From positions 16,976-80,975 of the forward strand of contig WGAY01000064.1 in assembly GCA_015494585.1 (NCBI GenBank): a stretch of 64,000 bases of DNA. Reading direction: 5' to 3'. The translations under genes were made by a program, and so were the position numbers. Below, piece by piece: positions 32,225 through 42,408 of this stretch. Positions within the stretch are counted from its first letter, which is position 1. Each line of letters starts with the position of its first letter. The notes under the pieces are model-generated. The model saw only the letters and a list, made by a program, of their open reading frames with translations, was not told the DNA's origin and ran no database searches. Source of the stretch: Candidatus Omnitrophota bacterium. GTDB lineage: Bacteria > Omnitrophota > Gorgyraeia > S143-82.

Positions 32225-32899
32225 ATGGGACAGAAAGTACATCCATTTGTATTAAGGGTAGGCTATATTAAAGACTGGCGGTCTCGTTGGTTTGCAAAAG
32301 GCGATGCGTTTGTTAAGTATGTTATAGAAGATAGGAAAATACGCGATTACATTCGCAAGAAATTGCGCCATGCAGCTGTTAGTAGGGTTGAGATAGAGAG
32401 ATATGGTGAAAACAATTTAAAGGTTATTATTTATACCGCAAGGCCTGGTGTTATTATCGGTAGGAAAGGGGCTGAGATAGAGAAACTTCGCGCGGAGCTT
32501 GAAAAAATAGCCCCAGATGAAGAGATAAAGATAGACACAGAAGAAGTTAGTGTACCAGAGGTGGATTCTCAGATAGTAGGAGATAATATAGCATATCAGA
32601 TAGAGAAGAGGATTCCTTATAAGCGCGCAGTGAAAAGGGCAATAGAGCAGGCAATGCAGGCAGGGGCAGAAGGGATAAAGATAGAGATAGGCGGCCGTTT
32701 GGGAGGAGCAGAGATCGCAAGGACAGAAAAATACAGGGCAGGGAAGGTGCCTTTGTCAACCCTTAAGGCAGATATAGATTATTCACTTTCTGAGGCTCAG
32801 ACGACCTATGGAACTATTGGTATAAAGGTATGGATATATCATGGTGAGGCAAAACCATTGAAAGAGATATTTAAAGAGCAGATGGAGATGTTTGTATAA
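32225..32899 (+). CDS. rpsC: 30S ribosomal protein S3
   Basis: 224 aa uS3 (KH domain). Confidence 0.95.
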   Translation: MGQKVHPFVLRVGYIKDWRSRWFAKGDAFVKYVIEDRKIRDYIRKKLRHAAVSRVEIERYGENNLKVIIYTARPGVIIGRKGAEIEKLRAELEKIAPDEEIKIDTEEVSVPEVDSQIVGDNIAYQIEKRIPYKRAVKRAIEQAMQAGAEGIKIEIGGRLGGAEIARTEKYRAGKVPLSTLKADIDYSLSEAQTTYGTIGIKVWIYHGEAKPLKEIFKEQMEMFV

Positions 32900-32911
32900 G
32901 GAGGATAGATT

Positions 32912-33328
32912 ATGCCACTTATGCCGAGTCGCGTTAAATACAGAAAGCATCAGAGGAAAAAAAGACGTGGAATAGCAACAAGGGGTAGCCGGCTTGTCTT
33001 TGGCGAGTTCGGCATAAAGGCACTTGAAAATGCCTGGCTTACCTCTACGCAGATAGAGGCGGCTCGTGTTGCTATCAGCAGGAAATTAAAAAGGGGTGGC
33101 AAGGTCTGGATAAATGTGTTCCCAGATAAATCCTATTCCAAGAAGCCTGCTGAGACACGTATGGGTAAAGGTAAGGGTGCGCCTGAAGGTTGGGTTGCGG
33201 TTATTAGAAGGGGAAAGATTTTGTTTGAGATAGCAGGAGTCCCTGAGGACCTTGCAAGGGAAGCAATCAGGACAGCTTCTTATAAGTTGCCGTTTAAGAC
33301 GAAGTTTGTAACCAGAAATATGGAGTGA
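32912..33328 (+). CDS. rplP: 50S ribosomal protein L16
   Basis: 138 aa uL16. Confidence 0.95.
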   Translation: MPLMPSRVKYRKHQRKKRRGIATRGSRLVFGEFGIKALENAWLTSTQIEAARVAISRKLKRGGKVWINVFPDKSYSKKPAETRMGKGKGAPEGWVAVIRRGKILFEIAGVPEDLAREAIRTASYKLPFKTKFVTRNME

Positions 33329-33332
33329 TGAG

Positions 33333-33536
33333 ATGAAGGCAAGAGACCTAAGGGAAATGGATGACCAGATGCTTTTGGATAAGCTAAATGCTTTAAAGAA
33401 GCAATTATTTGAAATAAGGTTTAAACATGGGATAACTGGTGCGGACAAGCCGCATTTATTTAAGTCCATAAAAAGGGACATAGCAAGGATATTGACTATT
33501 TTAAACGAGAGAAGACTGCAAACTCAGGAGAAGTAA
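33333..33536 (+). CDS. rpmC: 50S ribosomal protein L29
   Basis: 67 aa uL29. Confidence 0.9.
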   Translation: MKARDLREMDDQMLLDKLNALKKQLFEIRFKHGITGADKPHLFKSIKRDIARILTILNERRLQTQEK

Positions 33537-33538
33537 TT

Positions 33539-33781
33539 ATGCGTGAGAGGAAGCGTATTTTAGAAGGAGTTGTTGTTAGTGATAAAATGAAAAAGACGAG
33601 GGTCGTCCTTGTTGAACGTATGTTTTCCCATCCTATATATAAAAAGAGGGTAAAGGTGCGTAAAAAATATAAGATTCACGATGAAAAGGAAGTTGCAAAG
33701 AAAGGGGACAGGGTAAGATTTATTGAGACCCGTCCTATTTCGAAGGAGAAGTGCTGGAGGCTTCTGGAGGTGCTGAAATGA
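33539..33781 (+). CDS. rpsQ: 30S ribosomal protein S17
   Basis: 80 aa uS17. Confidence 0.92.
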   Translation: MRERKRILEGVVVSDKMKKTRVVLVERMFSHPIYKKRVKVRKKYKIHDEKEVAKKGDRVRFIETRPISKEKCWRLLEVLK

Positions 33782-34146
33782 TACAGATGAGGACGCGCCT
33801 TAATGTTGCTGATAATAGTGGGGCAAAGAAGGTCGCCTGTATTGGGGTTTTGCATAAAAAGAATTCCCGTTACGCTCAGGTTGGCGATGTCATAACCTGT
33901 TCAGTGAAAGAGGCCCTGCCAAATGCGCCAATAAAAAAGGGCGCTGTTGTCAAGGCAGTGGTTGTCAGGCAGAAATTTCCTATTCGCAGAAAAGATGGCT
34001 CTGTGGTTAGGTTTGATTCAAATGCGGTTGTGATAATAGATAATCAAGGCAATCCCAGAGGAACGCGTGTATTTGGTCCGATTGCAAGGGAGTTGAGAGA
34101 TAGGAACTTTATGAAGATAGTATCTCTGGCACCAGAGGTCCTGTGA
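33778..34146 (+). CDS. rplN: 50S ribosomal protein L14
   Basis: ATG at 33778 ([18 protein letters not shown]...); the track start at 33751 is upstream. Confidence 0.93.
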   Translation: MIQMRTRLNVADNSGAKKVACIGVLHKKNSRYAQVGDVITCSVKEALPNAPIKKGAVVKAVVVRQKFPIRRKDGSVVRFDSNAVVIIDNQGNPRGTRVFGPIARELRDRNFMKIVSLAPEVL

Positions 34147-34155
34147 GGTGATATT

Positions 34156-34479
34156 ATGGCATTAAAGTATAAGAAGGTAAAAAGAGAAGATACAGTTGTT
34201 GTTATAGCTGGGAAGGATAAGGGCAAAAGGGGGCGCGTTTTGCGCGTTGACAGGGAAAAGGGAAGGGTCCTTGTTGAAGGAGTAAATAAGGTAAAAAGGC
34301 ACATGAAGAAGTACAGCGAAGAGCTCCCTGGTGGGATTATAGAGGTTGAGATGCCTTTGAATATATCTAATGTGATGGTGTTTTGTTCAGAGTGCAACAG
34401 AGGTGTTCGTGTAGGCTTTAGAGTGGAGGAAGACGGCTCAAAGACCCGCATTTGCAAGTCATGCGGGTCGGTCCTTTAA
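34156..34479 (+). CDS. rplX: 50S ribosomal protein L24 (variant with C-terminal CxxC...CxxC Zn ribbon)
   Basis: KOW motif GKDKGKRG. The C-terminus CSECNRG...CKSCGSVL replaces the Cys-free tail seen in E. coli L24. Confidence 0.92.
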   Translation: MALKYKKVKREDTVVVIAGKDKGKRGRVLRVDREKGRVLVEGVNKVKRHMKKYSEELPGGIIEVEMPLNISNVMVFCSECNRGVRVGFRVEEDGSKTRICKSCGSVL

Positions 34480-34491
34480 GGAGGAATAACA

Positions 34492-35043
34492 ATGGTAGAG
34501 CTTCCCAGAATGGCTAAGAAATATAAAGAAGAAGTAATTCCAGAGATGATGAACCGCTTTGGCTATAAATCAGTAATGCAGGTTCCAAGGATAGAGAAGA
34601 TAGTTATAAATATGGGTATAGGAGAAGGCGCGCGCGATATAAAGGTATTGGAGAAGGCAATGGATGAGCTTGCAATGATAACCGGCCAGAGGCCTTCTAT
34701 TAGGCGTGCGAGGAAGGCAATATCCAATTTTAAAATAAGAAAGGGAATGCCTATTGGCTGTAAGGTTACATTAAGGCGCGCAAGGATGTATGAATTTCTT
34801 GATAGGTTTATAAATGTTATCCTGCCGCGTTTGAGGGACTTTAGAGGTGTCCCTCGCAATTCGTTTGACGGCAGGGGTAATTATAATTTAGGCATATCTG
34901 AGCAGACTATATTCCCTGAATTGGACCTTGATAAGGTTGACAGGGTTCAGGGCATGGATATAGCATTTGTTACTACTGCAAAGACAGACGAAGAGGCAAT
35001 GGCGTTATTAGAACTGATGGGAATGCCGTTTAGAAAGAGATAA
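34492..35043 (+). CDS. rplE: 50S ribosomal protein L5
   Basis: 183 aa uL5; strong AAGGAGG RBS before 34492. Confidence 0.93.
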   Translation: MVELPRMAKKYKEEVIPEMMNRFGYKSVMQVPRIEKIVINMGIGEGARDIKVLEKAMDELAMITGQRPSIRRARKAISNFKIRKGMPIGCKVTLRRARMYEFLDRFINVILPRLRDFRGVPRNSFDGRGNYNLGISEQTIFPELDLDKVDRVQGMDIAFVTTAKTDEEAMALLELMGMPFRKR

Positions 35044-35061
35044 TCTTACAGGAGGATATAG

Positions 35062-35247
35062 ATGGCAAAGAAGGCAATGGTTGAAAAGTGGAAAAGAGGG
35101 CCTAAGTACAAAGTTCGCAGATATAACCGCTGCAGGATATGCGGCAGGCCAAGGGGATATTTAAGTAGATTTGGGCTTTGCAGGATATGTTTTAGAGAGA
35201 TGGCATGGAGAGGAGAGATACCGGGTGTGAGGCATGCCAGCTGGTAA
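35062..35247 (+). CDS. rpsN: 30S ribosomal protein S14 type Z (zinc-binding)
   Basis: 61 aa with CRICGR...CRIC. Confidence 0.93.
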   Translation: MAKKAMVEKWKRGPKYKVRRYNRCRICGRPRGYLSRFGLCRICFREMAWRGEIPGVRHASW

Positions 35248-35260
35248 GGAGGGAATTTAG

Positions 35261-35656
35261 ATGAGCGTAAGTGACCCTATTGCAGATATGCTGACAGCTA
35301 TTAGAAATGCTGCGATGGCAAAAAAGGAAAAGATATCAATAGCTGCTTCTAATTTAAAGAAGAAAATACTGGATATATTTAAGAATCATGGATACATTCG
35401 TGGTTATAAAGAGATAGAAGATGGCAAACAGGGAATACTTGAGGTTCACCTTAGATATATTGAAGGCGAACCTGCGTTTACTGAGGTTGTCAGAATATCA
35501 AAGCCAGGAAGGCGAATTTATGTCTCTGCAGAGGATGTTCCCAATATAAAAAGAGGGATAGGGATTGCGGTTATATCTACATCAAAGGGAGTGATTACAA
35601 ATAAAGAGGCCAAAAAGCTTAATATCGGAGGAGAATACATCTGTTATATCTACTAA
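35261..35656 (+). CDS. rpsH: 30S ribosomal protein S8
   Basis: 131 aa uS8. Confidence 0.95.
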   Translation: MSVSDPIADMLTAIRNAAMAKKEKISIAASNLKKKILDIFKNHGYIRGYKEIEDGKQGILEVHLRYIEGEPAFTEVVRISKPGRRIYVSAEDVPNIKRGIGIAVISTSKGVITNKEAKKLNIGGEYICYIY

Positions 35657-35667
35657 GGAGAATAGCT

Positions 35668-36213
35668 ATGTCAAGGATAGGCAAGAAACCAGTTTCAATA
35701 CCTGATAAGGTCAAGGTAAGTGTTGATAAAGCGAATGTGGTTACAGTTGAAGGGCCTAAAGGTAAATTGACCCTGCAGGTTTCACCCAGAATAAAGATAA
35801 TAGTTGAGGATTCTACTGTGAGGGTTGAGAGGCCTACTGACCTTAAGATGGATAGGGCAATGCATGGGCTTTACCGTAGCCTTATAAATAATATGATAAT
35901 TGGTGTTACTCAAGGATACAAGAAAGAGCTTGAGATGGTTGGTGTTGGTTATAAGGCTCAGGTGAAGGGCAAGGAATTGGTTTTAGAGGTTGGTTATTCC
36001 CATCCAGTTAATTATCCTATACCTGAAGGGATTTCTATTCAAACGCCTAAACCAACCCAGATAGTAATAGAAGGTATAGATAAGCAGCAGGTCGGCCAGG
36101 TTGCTGCAGAGATAAGAAAGGTAAGGCCGCCTGAGCCATATAAGGGCAAGGGGATTAAATATGCTGGCGAGAGGATACGGCGCAAGGCGGGCAAGGCCGC
36201 TGGCAAAAAATAA
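35668..36213 (+). CDS. rplF: 50S ribosomal protein L6
   Basis: 181 aa uL6. Confidence 0.95.
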   Translation: MSRIGKKPVSIPDKVKVSVDKANVVTVEGPKGKLTLQVSPRIKIIVEDSTVRVERPTDLKMDRAMHGLYRSLINNMIIGVTQGYKKELEMVGVGYKAQVKGKELVLEVGYSHPVNYPIPEGISIQTPKPTQIVIEGIDKQQVGQVAAEIRKVRPPEPYKGKGIKYAGERIRRKAGKAAGKK

Positions 36214-36224
36214 TTTTTAGGAGG

Positions 36225-36605
36225 ATGCTGAAAATGGCAAGGTCTTCAAAGATTAAGATATTAAAGAGGAAAAAAAGACACAGACATATCTTGAAAAAGA
36301 TGTCTGGCACGGCAACCAGACCAAGGGTAGTTGTTCGCAGAAGCCTGAAGCACTTCTACGCTCAGGCCGTTGATGATGAAAAAGGGGTTGTCCTTACTGG
36401 TGCATCAACCTTATCACCTGAAATAAGGGCAGAGATTTCTTATGGCGGCAACAAGGTTGCAGCTGGTAAGGTTGGCGAGCTTATGGCAAAGAGGCTTAAG
36501 GAAAAAGGGATAGAAAAGATCGCCTTTGACCGCGCAGGTTACAGGTATCACGGCAGGGTTAGAGAGTGTGCAGAGGCAATGAGGAAAGGAGGAATTGAGT
36601 TCTAA
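36225..36605 (+). CDS. rplR: 50S ribosomal protein L18
   Basis: 126 aa uL18. Confidence 0.93.
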   Translation: MLKMARSSKIKILKRKKRHRHILKKMSGTATRPRVVVRRSLKHFYAQAVDDEKGVVLTGASTLSPEIRAEISYGGNKVAAGKVGELMAKRLKEKGIEKIAFDRAGYRYHGRVRECAEAMRKGGIEF

Positions 36606-37117
36606 TGGCTGAACAGCAGAATCAAACCCAGGCGCAGGATGAAATAGTATACGAAAAGGTGCTTCAGATAAAAAGGCTAACAAAGGTAACGACCGGCGGC
36701 AAGAAGCTTTCTTTTTCTGCATTGGTTGTCGTTGGCAATGGAAAAGGCAAGGTTGGATATGCATTGGGCAAGGCAAACGAGGTAATAGATGCGATCAAAA
36801 AGGGACTGCAGAAGGCAAAAAATAATATGGTATGGATACCTGTAAAAGGGCATACAATTCCTCATGACGTTATCGGTGAGTTTGGTGCATCAAAGGTAGT
36901 TATGAAGCCTGCCTCTCGTGGTACTGGTATTATTGCAGGTGAGGTGGTTCGCTCTCTGTGCGAGGCAGCAGGAATACAGGATATATTGACAAAGTCATTA
37001 AAATCAAATACACCGGTTAACCTATTAAAGGCAGCAATGGCTGGCTTTGCAAAGCTAAAGATGTCTATGCCGCCGCAGTTGAGTGACGATGAAAAGGTAG
37101 AAGGAAAAGGAGAATAG
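36605..37117 (+). CDS. rpsE: 30S ribosomal protein S5
   Basis: 170 aa uS5. Confidence 0.95.
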   Translation: MAEQQNQTQAQDEIVYEKVLQIKRLTKVTTGGKKLSFSALVVVGNGKGKVGYALGKANEVIDAIKKGLQKAKNNMVWIPVKGHTIPHDVIGEFGASKVVMKPASRGTGIIAGEVVRSLCEAAGIQDILTKSLKSNTPVNLLKAAMAGFAKLKMSMPPQLSDDEKVEGKGE

Positions 37118-37120
37118 GAA

Positions 37121-37564
37121 ATGAGACTCTGTGATATAAAAAGACCACGCAAGGCAAATTCTTCCGCAAAGAGGGTTGGCAGGGGAGTTGGCTCGGGGAT
37201 GGATAAGACCTCAGGCCGTGGTCACAAAGGCGCAAAGGCAAGATCAGGGCCAGGTATGTATCTTGGGTTTGAAGGTGGACAGATGCCCCTTATACGCAGG
37301 ATCCCAAAACGCGGGTTTAATAATGCTGCATTTGCAAATAGATTTTCTATAATAAATGTCTCAAGACTCTCAGCGGTTTTTTCTGCTAATGATGTTGTTG
37401 ACCCTGAGGTATTGATAAAGAAGGGCCTTGCAAAGAAGCGCAGCAAGATAAAGATCCTTGGCAATGGTGAGATAAACATCCCCCTGACAGTAAAGGCTCA
37501 TAAGATATCAAAATCAGCTGCACAAAAGATAGAGGCAGCAGGGGGAAAGGTAGAAATTATATAA
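37121..37564 (+). CDS. rplO: 50S ribosomal protein L15 (directly after rpsE; no rpmD/L30 gene in between)
   Basis: 147 aa uL15. Confidence 0.93.
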   Translation: MRLCDIKRPRKANSSAKRVGRGVGSGMDKTSGRGHKGAKARSGPGMYLGFEGGQMPLIRRIPKRGFNNAAFANRFSIINVSRLSAVFSANDVVDPEVLIKKGLAKKRSKIKILGNGEINIPLTVKAHKISKSAAQKIEAAGGKVEII

Positions 37565-37603
37565 AACCTATACCTGTCTATGTGGCGGGTTTCGGATTAA
37601 TTT

Positions 37604-38935
37604 ATGTTTAAATCATTCGTCAATATATTCAAGATTGAAGACCTCAGGAAGAAACTACTGATTACCCTGGGGCTTTTGATTATATACAGAATTGGGGCAT
37701 ATATCCCTATTCCTGGAATTGATAGCCTGCGCCTTGCCCAGATATTTGACAATATGGCTAAACAGGCAGGTGGTGGCCTGTTTGGCCTGATGAACCTGTT
37801 CTCTGGCGGTGCGTTGCGAAGGGCAACGATATTTGCACTTGGCGTAATGCCGTATATCTCTGTTTCTATTATCCTTCAGCTCCTTACCCCGGTTATTCCC
37901 CATTTAGAGCAGCTCTCAAAAGAGGGGGCAATGGGATATAGGAAGATACTTCAATATACCCGCTATGGTACAATTCTCCTATGTTTGCTTCAGGCATACT
38001 TTATTGCCTTGTTTTTAGAAAACGGTATCATGGGCGAGAGCGTTGTTCTCTTTCCGGGCTGGGGATTCAGAATAATGGCGATGATATCTCTGACCACTGG
38101 CACTGCATTTATAATGTGGCTTGGAGAGCAGATACAGGAATACGGTATTGGAAATGGCATATCCCTTATTATTACTGCAGGTATACTTTCGCGAATGCCA
38201 GCAGCGGTGTTTCAGCTCTATACCTTGGTCAGGACGAATCAAATCCGCCCTGAGATAGTCGTATTTTTGTTGATTATGCTATTTGTGGTGGTTGTTGCGG
38301 TTACTGCCATTACTCAGGGACAGAGAAAGATACCTGTCCAGTATGCAAGGCGGGTTTCTGGCACAAAGACAGTTGGCGGCCAGTCCTCTTATATTCCATT
38401 AAGGGTAAACCAGGCCAGCGTTATGCCGATTATATTTGCCCAGTCGGTTTTGATGTTTCCCGCGACACTTGCGAGTTTTGGCCTGAAGATGGGCGTGGAT
38501 AAGGTTGCAGCATTATTGCGTAGAGGCGATACACTTTATATTATTCTCTATTCTGCATTGATTATATTTTTCACATTTTTCTATACCCAGATTATATTCA
38601 AACCAATAGACATAGCGGATAATCTCAAAAAATACGGTGGATTTGTCCCTGGTATTCGTCCGGGGATGCCAACGGCTGAGTATCTTTACGATATAATGAT
38701 AAAGATAACCACACTTGGTGCTGTGTTTCTGGCGATTATTGCCATTATTCCGATGCTTTTGAGCAAGGGGTTGCACATACCCTATTTGGTTGCCCAGTTC
38801 TTTGGAGGCACAGGTATATTGATAGTTGTCGGCGTGCTTCTAGATACAATAAGGCAGATAGAGTCCCATCTATTGATGAGGCATTATGATGGATTTGTAA
38901 GGTCTGGAAGGATAAGGGGGAGGAGATTCGGATGA
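37604..38935 (+). CDS. secY: Preprotein translocase subunit SecY
   Basis: 443 aa, 10 TM helices, conserved SecY segments. Confidence 0.95.
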   Translation: MFKSFVNIFKIEDLRKKLLITLGLLIIYRIGAYIPIPGIDSLRLAQIFDNMAKQAGGGLFGLMNLFSGGALRRATIFALGVMPYISVSIILQLLTPVIPHLEQLSKEGAMGYRKILQYTRYGTILLCLLQAYFIALFLENGIMGESVVLFPGWGFRIMAMISLTTGTAFIMWLGEQIQEYGIGNGISLIITAGILSRMPAAVFQLYTLVRTNQIRPEIVVFLLIMLFVVVVAVTAITQGQRKIPVQYARRVSGTKTVGGQSSYIPLRVNQASVMPIIFAQSVLMFPATLASFGLKMGVDKVAALLRRGDTLYIILYSALIIFFTFFYTQIIFKPIDIADNLKKYGGFVPGIRPGMPTAEYLYDIMIKITTLGAVFLAIIAIIPMLLSKGLHIPYLVAQFFGGTGILIVVGVLLDTIRQIESHLLMRHYDGFVRSGRIRGRRFG

Positions 38936-39579
38936 ATTTGGTATTATTAGGCCCACCGGGAGCAGGTAAAGGCACTCAGGCAGAGATATTAAGGGATAGG
39001 CTTTCTTTAGAGCACCTTTCTACCGGGGATATACTTCGATCGGAGATGAAGAAAGAAACTGAATTAGGTAAAAAGGCAAAGGAATATGTAGAGAGTGGGA
39101 AATTAGTCCCTGATAAGATAATAGTTGGGATGATTGCCGAGAGGCTTGCAAACATTTCTCCTGATAAAAAGGGTTTTTTGTTGGATGGTTTTCCAAGGAC
39201 AGTTGCACAGGCAGAGGAATTGGATAAGATTTTAGATGATATGGGCAAAAAATTGGATGCAGTTCTATATCTAAGGGTCTCCTGGGAGGTCGTGAAAGAA
39301 CGACTTACAGGAAGGCTTATCTGCAGAGGCTGTGGTGCCATCTACCATAAAAAGAATAAACCTCCCAAGAAGGATATGGTTTGTGATATCTGTGGAGAAG
39401 AGCTCTATCAACGTTCCGATGATAATGAGATCGTTATCAAGAATAGATTTGACGTGTATAACGAGCAGACAGCACCACTTATAGAGTACTATAAGGAGAG
39501 ATCTCTATTAAAAGAAATTAACAGCGAAGTTTCGGCTGAAGATACCTACACTCAAATCATCTCTGTTCTGGGATTATAA
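38932..39579 (+). CDS. adk: Adenylate kinase (Zn-binding lid)
   Basis: GPPGAGKGTQ P-loop. Lid CRGCG...CDICG. Confidence 0.95.
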   Translation: MNLVLLGPPGAGKGTQAEILRDRLSLEHLSTGDILRSEMKKETELGKKAKEYVESGKLVPDKIIVGMIAERLANISPDKKGFLLDGFPRTVAQAEELDKILDDMGKKLDAVLYLRVSWEVVKERLTGRLICRGCGAIYHKKNKPPKKDMVCDICGEELYQRSDDNEIVIKNRFDVYNEQTAPLIEYYKERSLLKEINSEVSAEDTYTQIISVLGL

Positions 39580-39727
39580 AAAACTAATCAGTTTTTTGTG
39601 TATACATATGTAGCCTATTGGATCGTGTGATAGTTTACAACATTGTAAAAATAATTATTTTGAAAATCATTCATTTATGATAGAATGTAAAAATTTTCAG
39701 CGTGAAAGGTAAAAAGATAAAGAAATT

Positions 39728-40474
39728 ATGGTCCGATTAAAAAGCCCTGAAGATATAGAGAAGATAAGACAAGCAGGGCAGATTATTAATTTGGTCTTTG
39801 AAATATTGAAAGGGAAAATTCGGCCGGAGATAGATACACTTTCCTTAGATAATTTGATAGAGGATTTTATTCGATCTCATAATGCCCGACCTGCCTTTAA
39901 AGGTTATAGGGGATATCCGGCGGCCAGTTGTATTTCTGTAAATGATGAAGTGGTCCATGGCATTCCTTCAAGGGACAAGGTCCTTAAAGATGGGGATATT
40001 GTTGGTATAGATATTGGAGTGGAGTTAGGTGGCTACTATGCCGATGCAGCCTATACCTTTGGCGTTGGTTCTGTAGCAGAAGAGGATAAGCGATTAATGG
40101 AGGCCACCTATAATGCATTAATGAATGCGATAAACAAGGCCAAGACAGCCAAGTATATAGGGGATATTTCTTATACGATACAGCGGACAGTTGAAAAGGC
40201 GGGTTTTTCGGTTGTAAGAGATTTTATTGGGCATGGTGTGGGCTTTGAGATACATGAACCTCCTTCTGTCCCTAATTATGGACGACCAGGGACAGGTGAG
40301 AGGATAAGGCCGGGTCTAGTTATAGCTATCGAGCCCATGGTCAATGCGGGGACCTGGGAGGTAGATATAGATAGAGAAGACAAATGGACAGTGCGTACGA
40401 AAGATAGAAAAAAAAGCGCTCATTACGAACATACTATTGCAATTTTGGAAAAAGGAGTTATAATTTTAACTTAA
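39728..40474 (+). CDS. map: Methionine aminopeptidase type I
   Basis: 248 aa. Metal ligands (D..D..H..E..E pattern; HGIP, GDIVGIDIG, HGVG, EPM). Confidence 0.93.
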   Translation: MVRLKSPEDIEKIRQAGQIINLVFEILKGKIRPEIDTLSLDNLIEDFIRSHNARPAFKGYRGYPAASCISVNDEVVHGIPSRDKVLKDGDIVGIDIGVELGGYYADAAYTFGVGSVAEEDKRLMEATYNALMNAINKAKTAKYIGDISYTIQRTVEKAGFSVVRDFIGHGVGFEIHEPPSVPNYGRPGTGERIRPGLVIAIEPMVNAGTWEVDIDREDKWTVRTKDRKKSAHYEHTIAILEKGVIILT

Positions 40475-40501
40475 TATCTTGCGTCCAGTAAGAAGGAGAT
40501 T

Positions 40502-40723
40502 ATGGGTAAAAAGGACGATGTAATAGAGCTTGATGGTACAATTGTAGAGTGTTTACCGAATGTAATGTTCAGGGTTGAACTCGAGAATGGCCACAGAGTC
40601 TTGGCACATGTGGCTGGTAAGATGCGGATGCATTTTATAAAGATTGTTCCAGGAGATAAAGTGAGGGTGGAATTGACCCCTTATGACCTGAATAGGGGCA
40701 GGATAGTATATAGGTATAAATAA
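40502..40723 (+). CDS. infA: Translation initiation factor IF-1
   Basis: 73 aa S1-like OB fold. Confidence 0.95.
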   Translation: MGKKDDVIELDGTIVECLPNVMFRVELENGHRVLAHVAGKMRMHFIKIVPGDKVRVELTPYDLNRGRIVYRYK

Positions 40724-40750
40724 GTTGAATAGATATTTTGGAGGTAGGAT

Positions 40751-40864
40751 ATGAAGGTAAGGTCTTCAGTAAAGAAGATATGCGCTAAGTGCAGAATCAT
40801 AAAGAGAAAAGGTGTGGTTAGGGTGATATGTGAAGACCCTGCCCATAAGCAGCGACAGGGATAA
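40751..40864 (+). CDS. rpmJ: 50S ribosomal protein L36 (Zn-ribbon form)
   Basis: 37-aa [40 protein letters not shown]; under 60 aa so absent from the track. Confidence 0.9.
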   Translation: MKVRSSVKKICAKCRIIKRKGVVRVICEDPAHKQRQG

Positions 40865-40876
40865 GGAGGTTTTTGT

Positions 40877-41251
40877 ATGCCAAGGATCTTAGGAGTTGAT
40901 ATACCAAAAGATAAGACTATATGGATTTCTCTTACTTATATCTATGGTATTGGGAGAAAGCGTTCCTCTGATATATTAAGGCAGGCACAGATAGACCCAG
41001 GTCGAAGGGCCAAAGATTTGTCTGAAGAGGAGATTGCCAGGATAACAGAGATTATCCAGCGTAATTATAAGGTGGAAGGGGACTTGCGCAGAGAGGTCTC
41101 ACAGAATATCAAGAGATTGATGGAGATTAATTGTTACCGCGGCACAAGGCATAAAAAAGGCCTTCCTGTGAGAGGCCAGAGGACCTGTACAAATGCTCGC
41201 ACAAGGAAAGGGCCGAGAGGCAATATGCTCAAGAGGGCAAAGAAAAAATAA
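40877..41251 (+). CDS. rpsM: 30S ribosomal protein S13
   Basis: 124 aa uS13. Confidence 0.95.
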   Translation: MPRILGVDIPKDKTIWISLTYIYGIGRKRSSDILRQAQIDPGRRAKDLSEEEIARITEIIQRNYKVEGDLRREVSQNIKRLMEINCYRGTRHKKGLPVRGQRTCTNARTRKGPRGNMLKRAKKK

Positions 41252-41273
41252 GCAACCATAGGAGAGAGGAAGT

Positions 41274-41669
41274 ATGGCACAGAGACGAAGAGGTCAAAGG
41301 AGAAAGAAGAAGGTAATAAAGGGAATAACTTCAGCAATAGTTCATGTAAAGGCAACGTTCAATAATACTATTATTACCCTGACGGATAAAGATGGCAATG
41401 CCCTTATATCTGCATCTTCTGGTATGATGGGCTTTTCTGGATCCAAGAAATCGACCCCGTTTGCCGCACAACAGGTTGCTTCTGAGGTGATAAGGCGTGC
41501 AAAAGAGGCAGGCATCCAGGAGGTTGAAATATGGGTCAAGGGTCCGGGGGCTGGTCGAGATGCCACGATAAAGTCTTTTAATGTATCAGGTTTGAAGGTT
41601 ACTCGTGTGCGGGATCTGAGCCCGGTTCCCCATAATGGCTGTAGACCTAAGAAGAAGAGAAGGGTCTAG
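41274..41669 (+). CDS. rpsK: 30S ribosomal protein S11
   Basis: 131 aa uS11. Confidence 0.95.
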   Translation: MAQRRRGQRRKKKVIKGITSAIVHVKATFNNTIITLTDKDGNALISASSGMMGFSGSKKSTPFAAQQVASEVIRRAKEAGIQEVEIWVKGPGAGRDATIKSFNVSGLKVTRVRDLSPVPHNGCRPKKKRRV

Positions 41670-41723
41670 TGACGGGTAGGTCGTGAATATTTGGATATTT
41701 ATAAGGTAATTGAGGAGGTATAG

Positions 41724-42350
41724 ATGGGTAGGTATCTGGAGGCGAAGTGCAGGATATGCCGGCGCATTGGCTCTAAGTTGTTTTTAAAGGGCCCGCGCTG
41801 TTATACGGATAAATGTGCGCTGTCGCGTAGGCCTTATGCCCCTGGCCAGCATGGTCGTATGCGTAGCAAATTGTCTAACTATGGTCTTCAGTTAAGAGAA
41901 AAACAGAAGGTAAAGAGAATGTATGGTATCCTTGAGAGGCAGTTTCGTAGATATTTTGAGATTGCCCAGAGAAAAAAAGGAGTAACAGGTACCTTGCTCT
42001 TGCAGCTATTGGAGCGCAGGCTGGATAATGTGGTCTATCAGTCCGGATTTGCAACTTCTAGGAACAGTGCCAGGCAGATTGTCAGGCATAATTGGGTATA
42101 TGTGAACGGTAAGAGGGTAAATATTCCATCCTATATAGTTAGAGAAGGTGACGAGATTACCTTTAAAAATAGTGAGCGAGTTAAAAAGAATCTAAAAGAC
42201 TTCAAAGAGATGTCAAAGAAACATCAAGTTCCACTTTGGCTTTTGGTTGACGATGAAAAATTTACTATAAAGGTTGTAAGACTACCAGAGAGAGAAGATA
42301 TGCCTGCAGATATAAAGGAACAGATGATAGTCGAGTTGTACTCCAAATAA
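41724..42350 (+). CDS. rpsD: 30S ribosomal protein S4 (Zn-binding N-terminus)
   Basis: 208 aa uS4. CRICRR...CYTDKC. Confidence 0.95.
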   Translation: MGRYLEAKCRICRRIGSKLFLKGPRCYTDKCALSRRPYAPGQHGRMRSKLSNYGLQLREKQKVKRMYGILERQFRRYFEIAQRKKGVTGTLLLQLLERRLDNVVYQSGFATSRNSARQIVRHNWVYVNGKRVNIPSYIVREGDEITFKNSERVKKNLKDFKEMSKKHQVPLWLLVDDEKFTIKVVRLPEREDMPADIKEQMIVELYSK

Positions 42351-42408
42351 AAATCTGCGAATTATTTTCTTTTTTTGTGCGTTAGATTAAATTAAGGAGG
42401 TAATAGGA

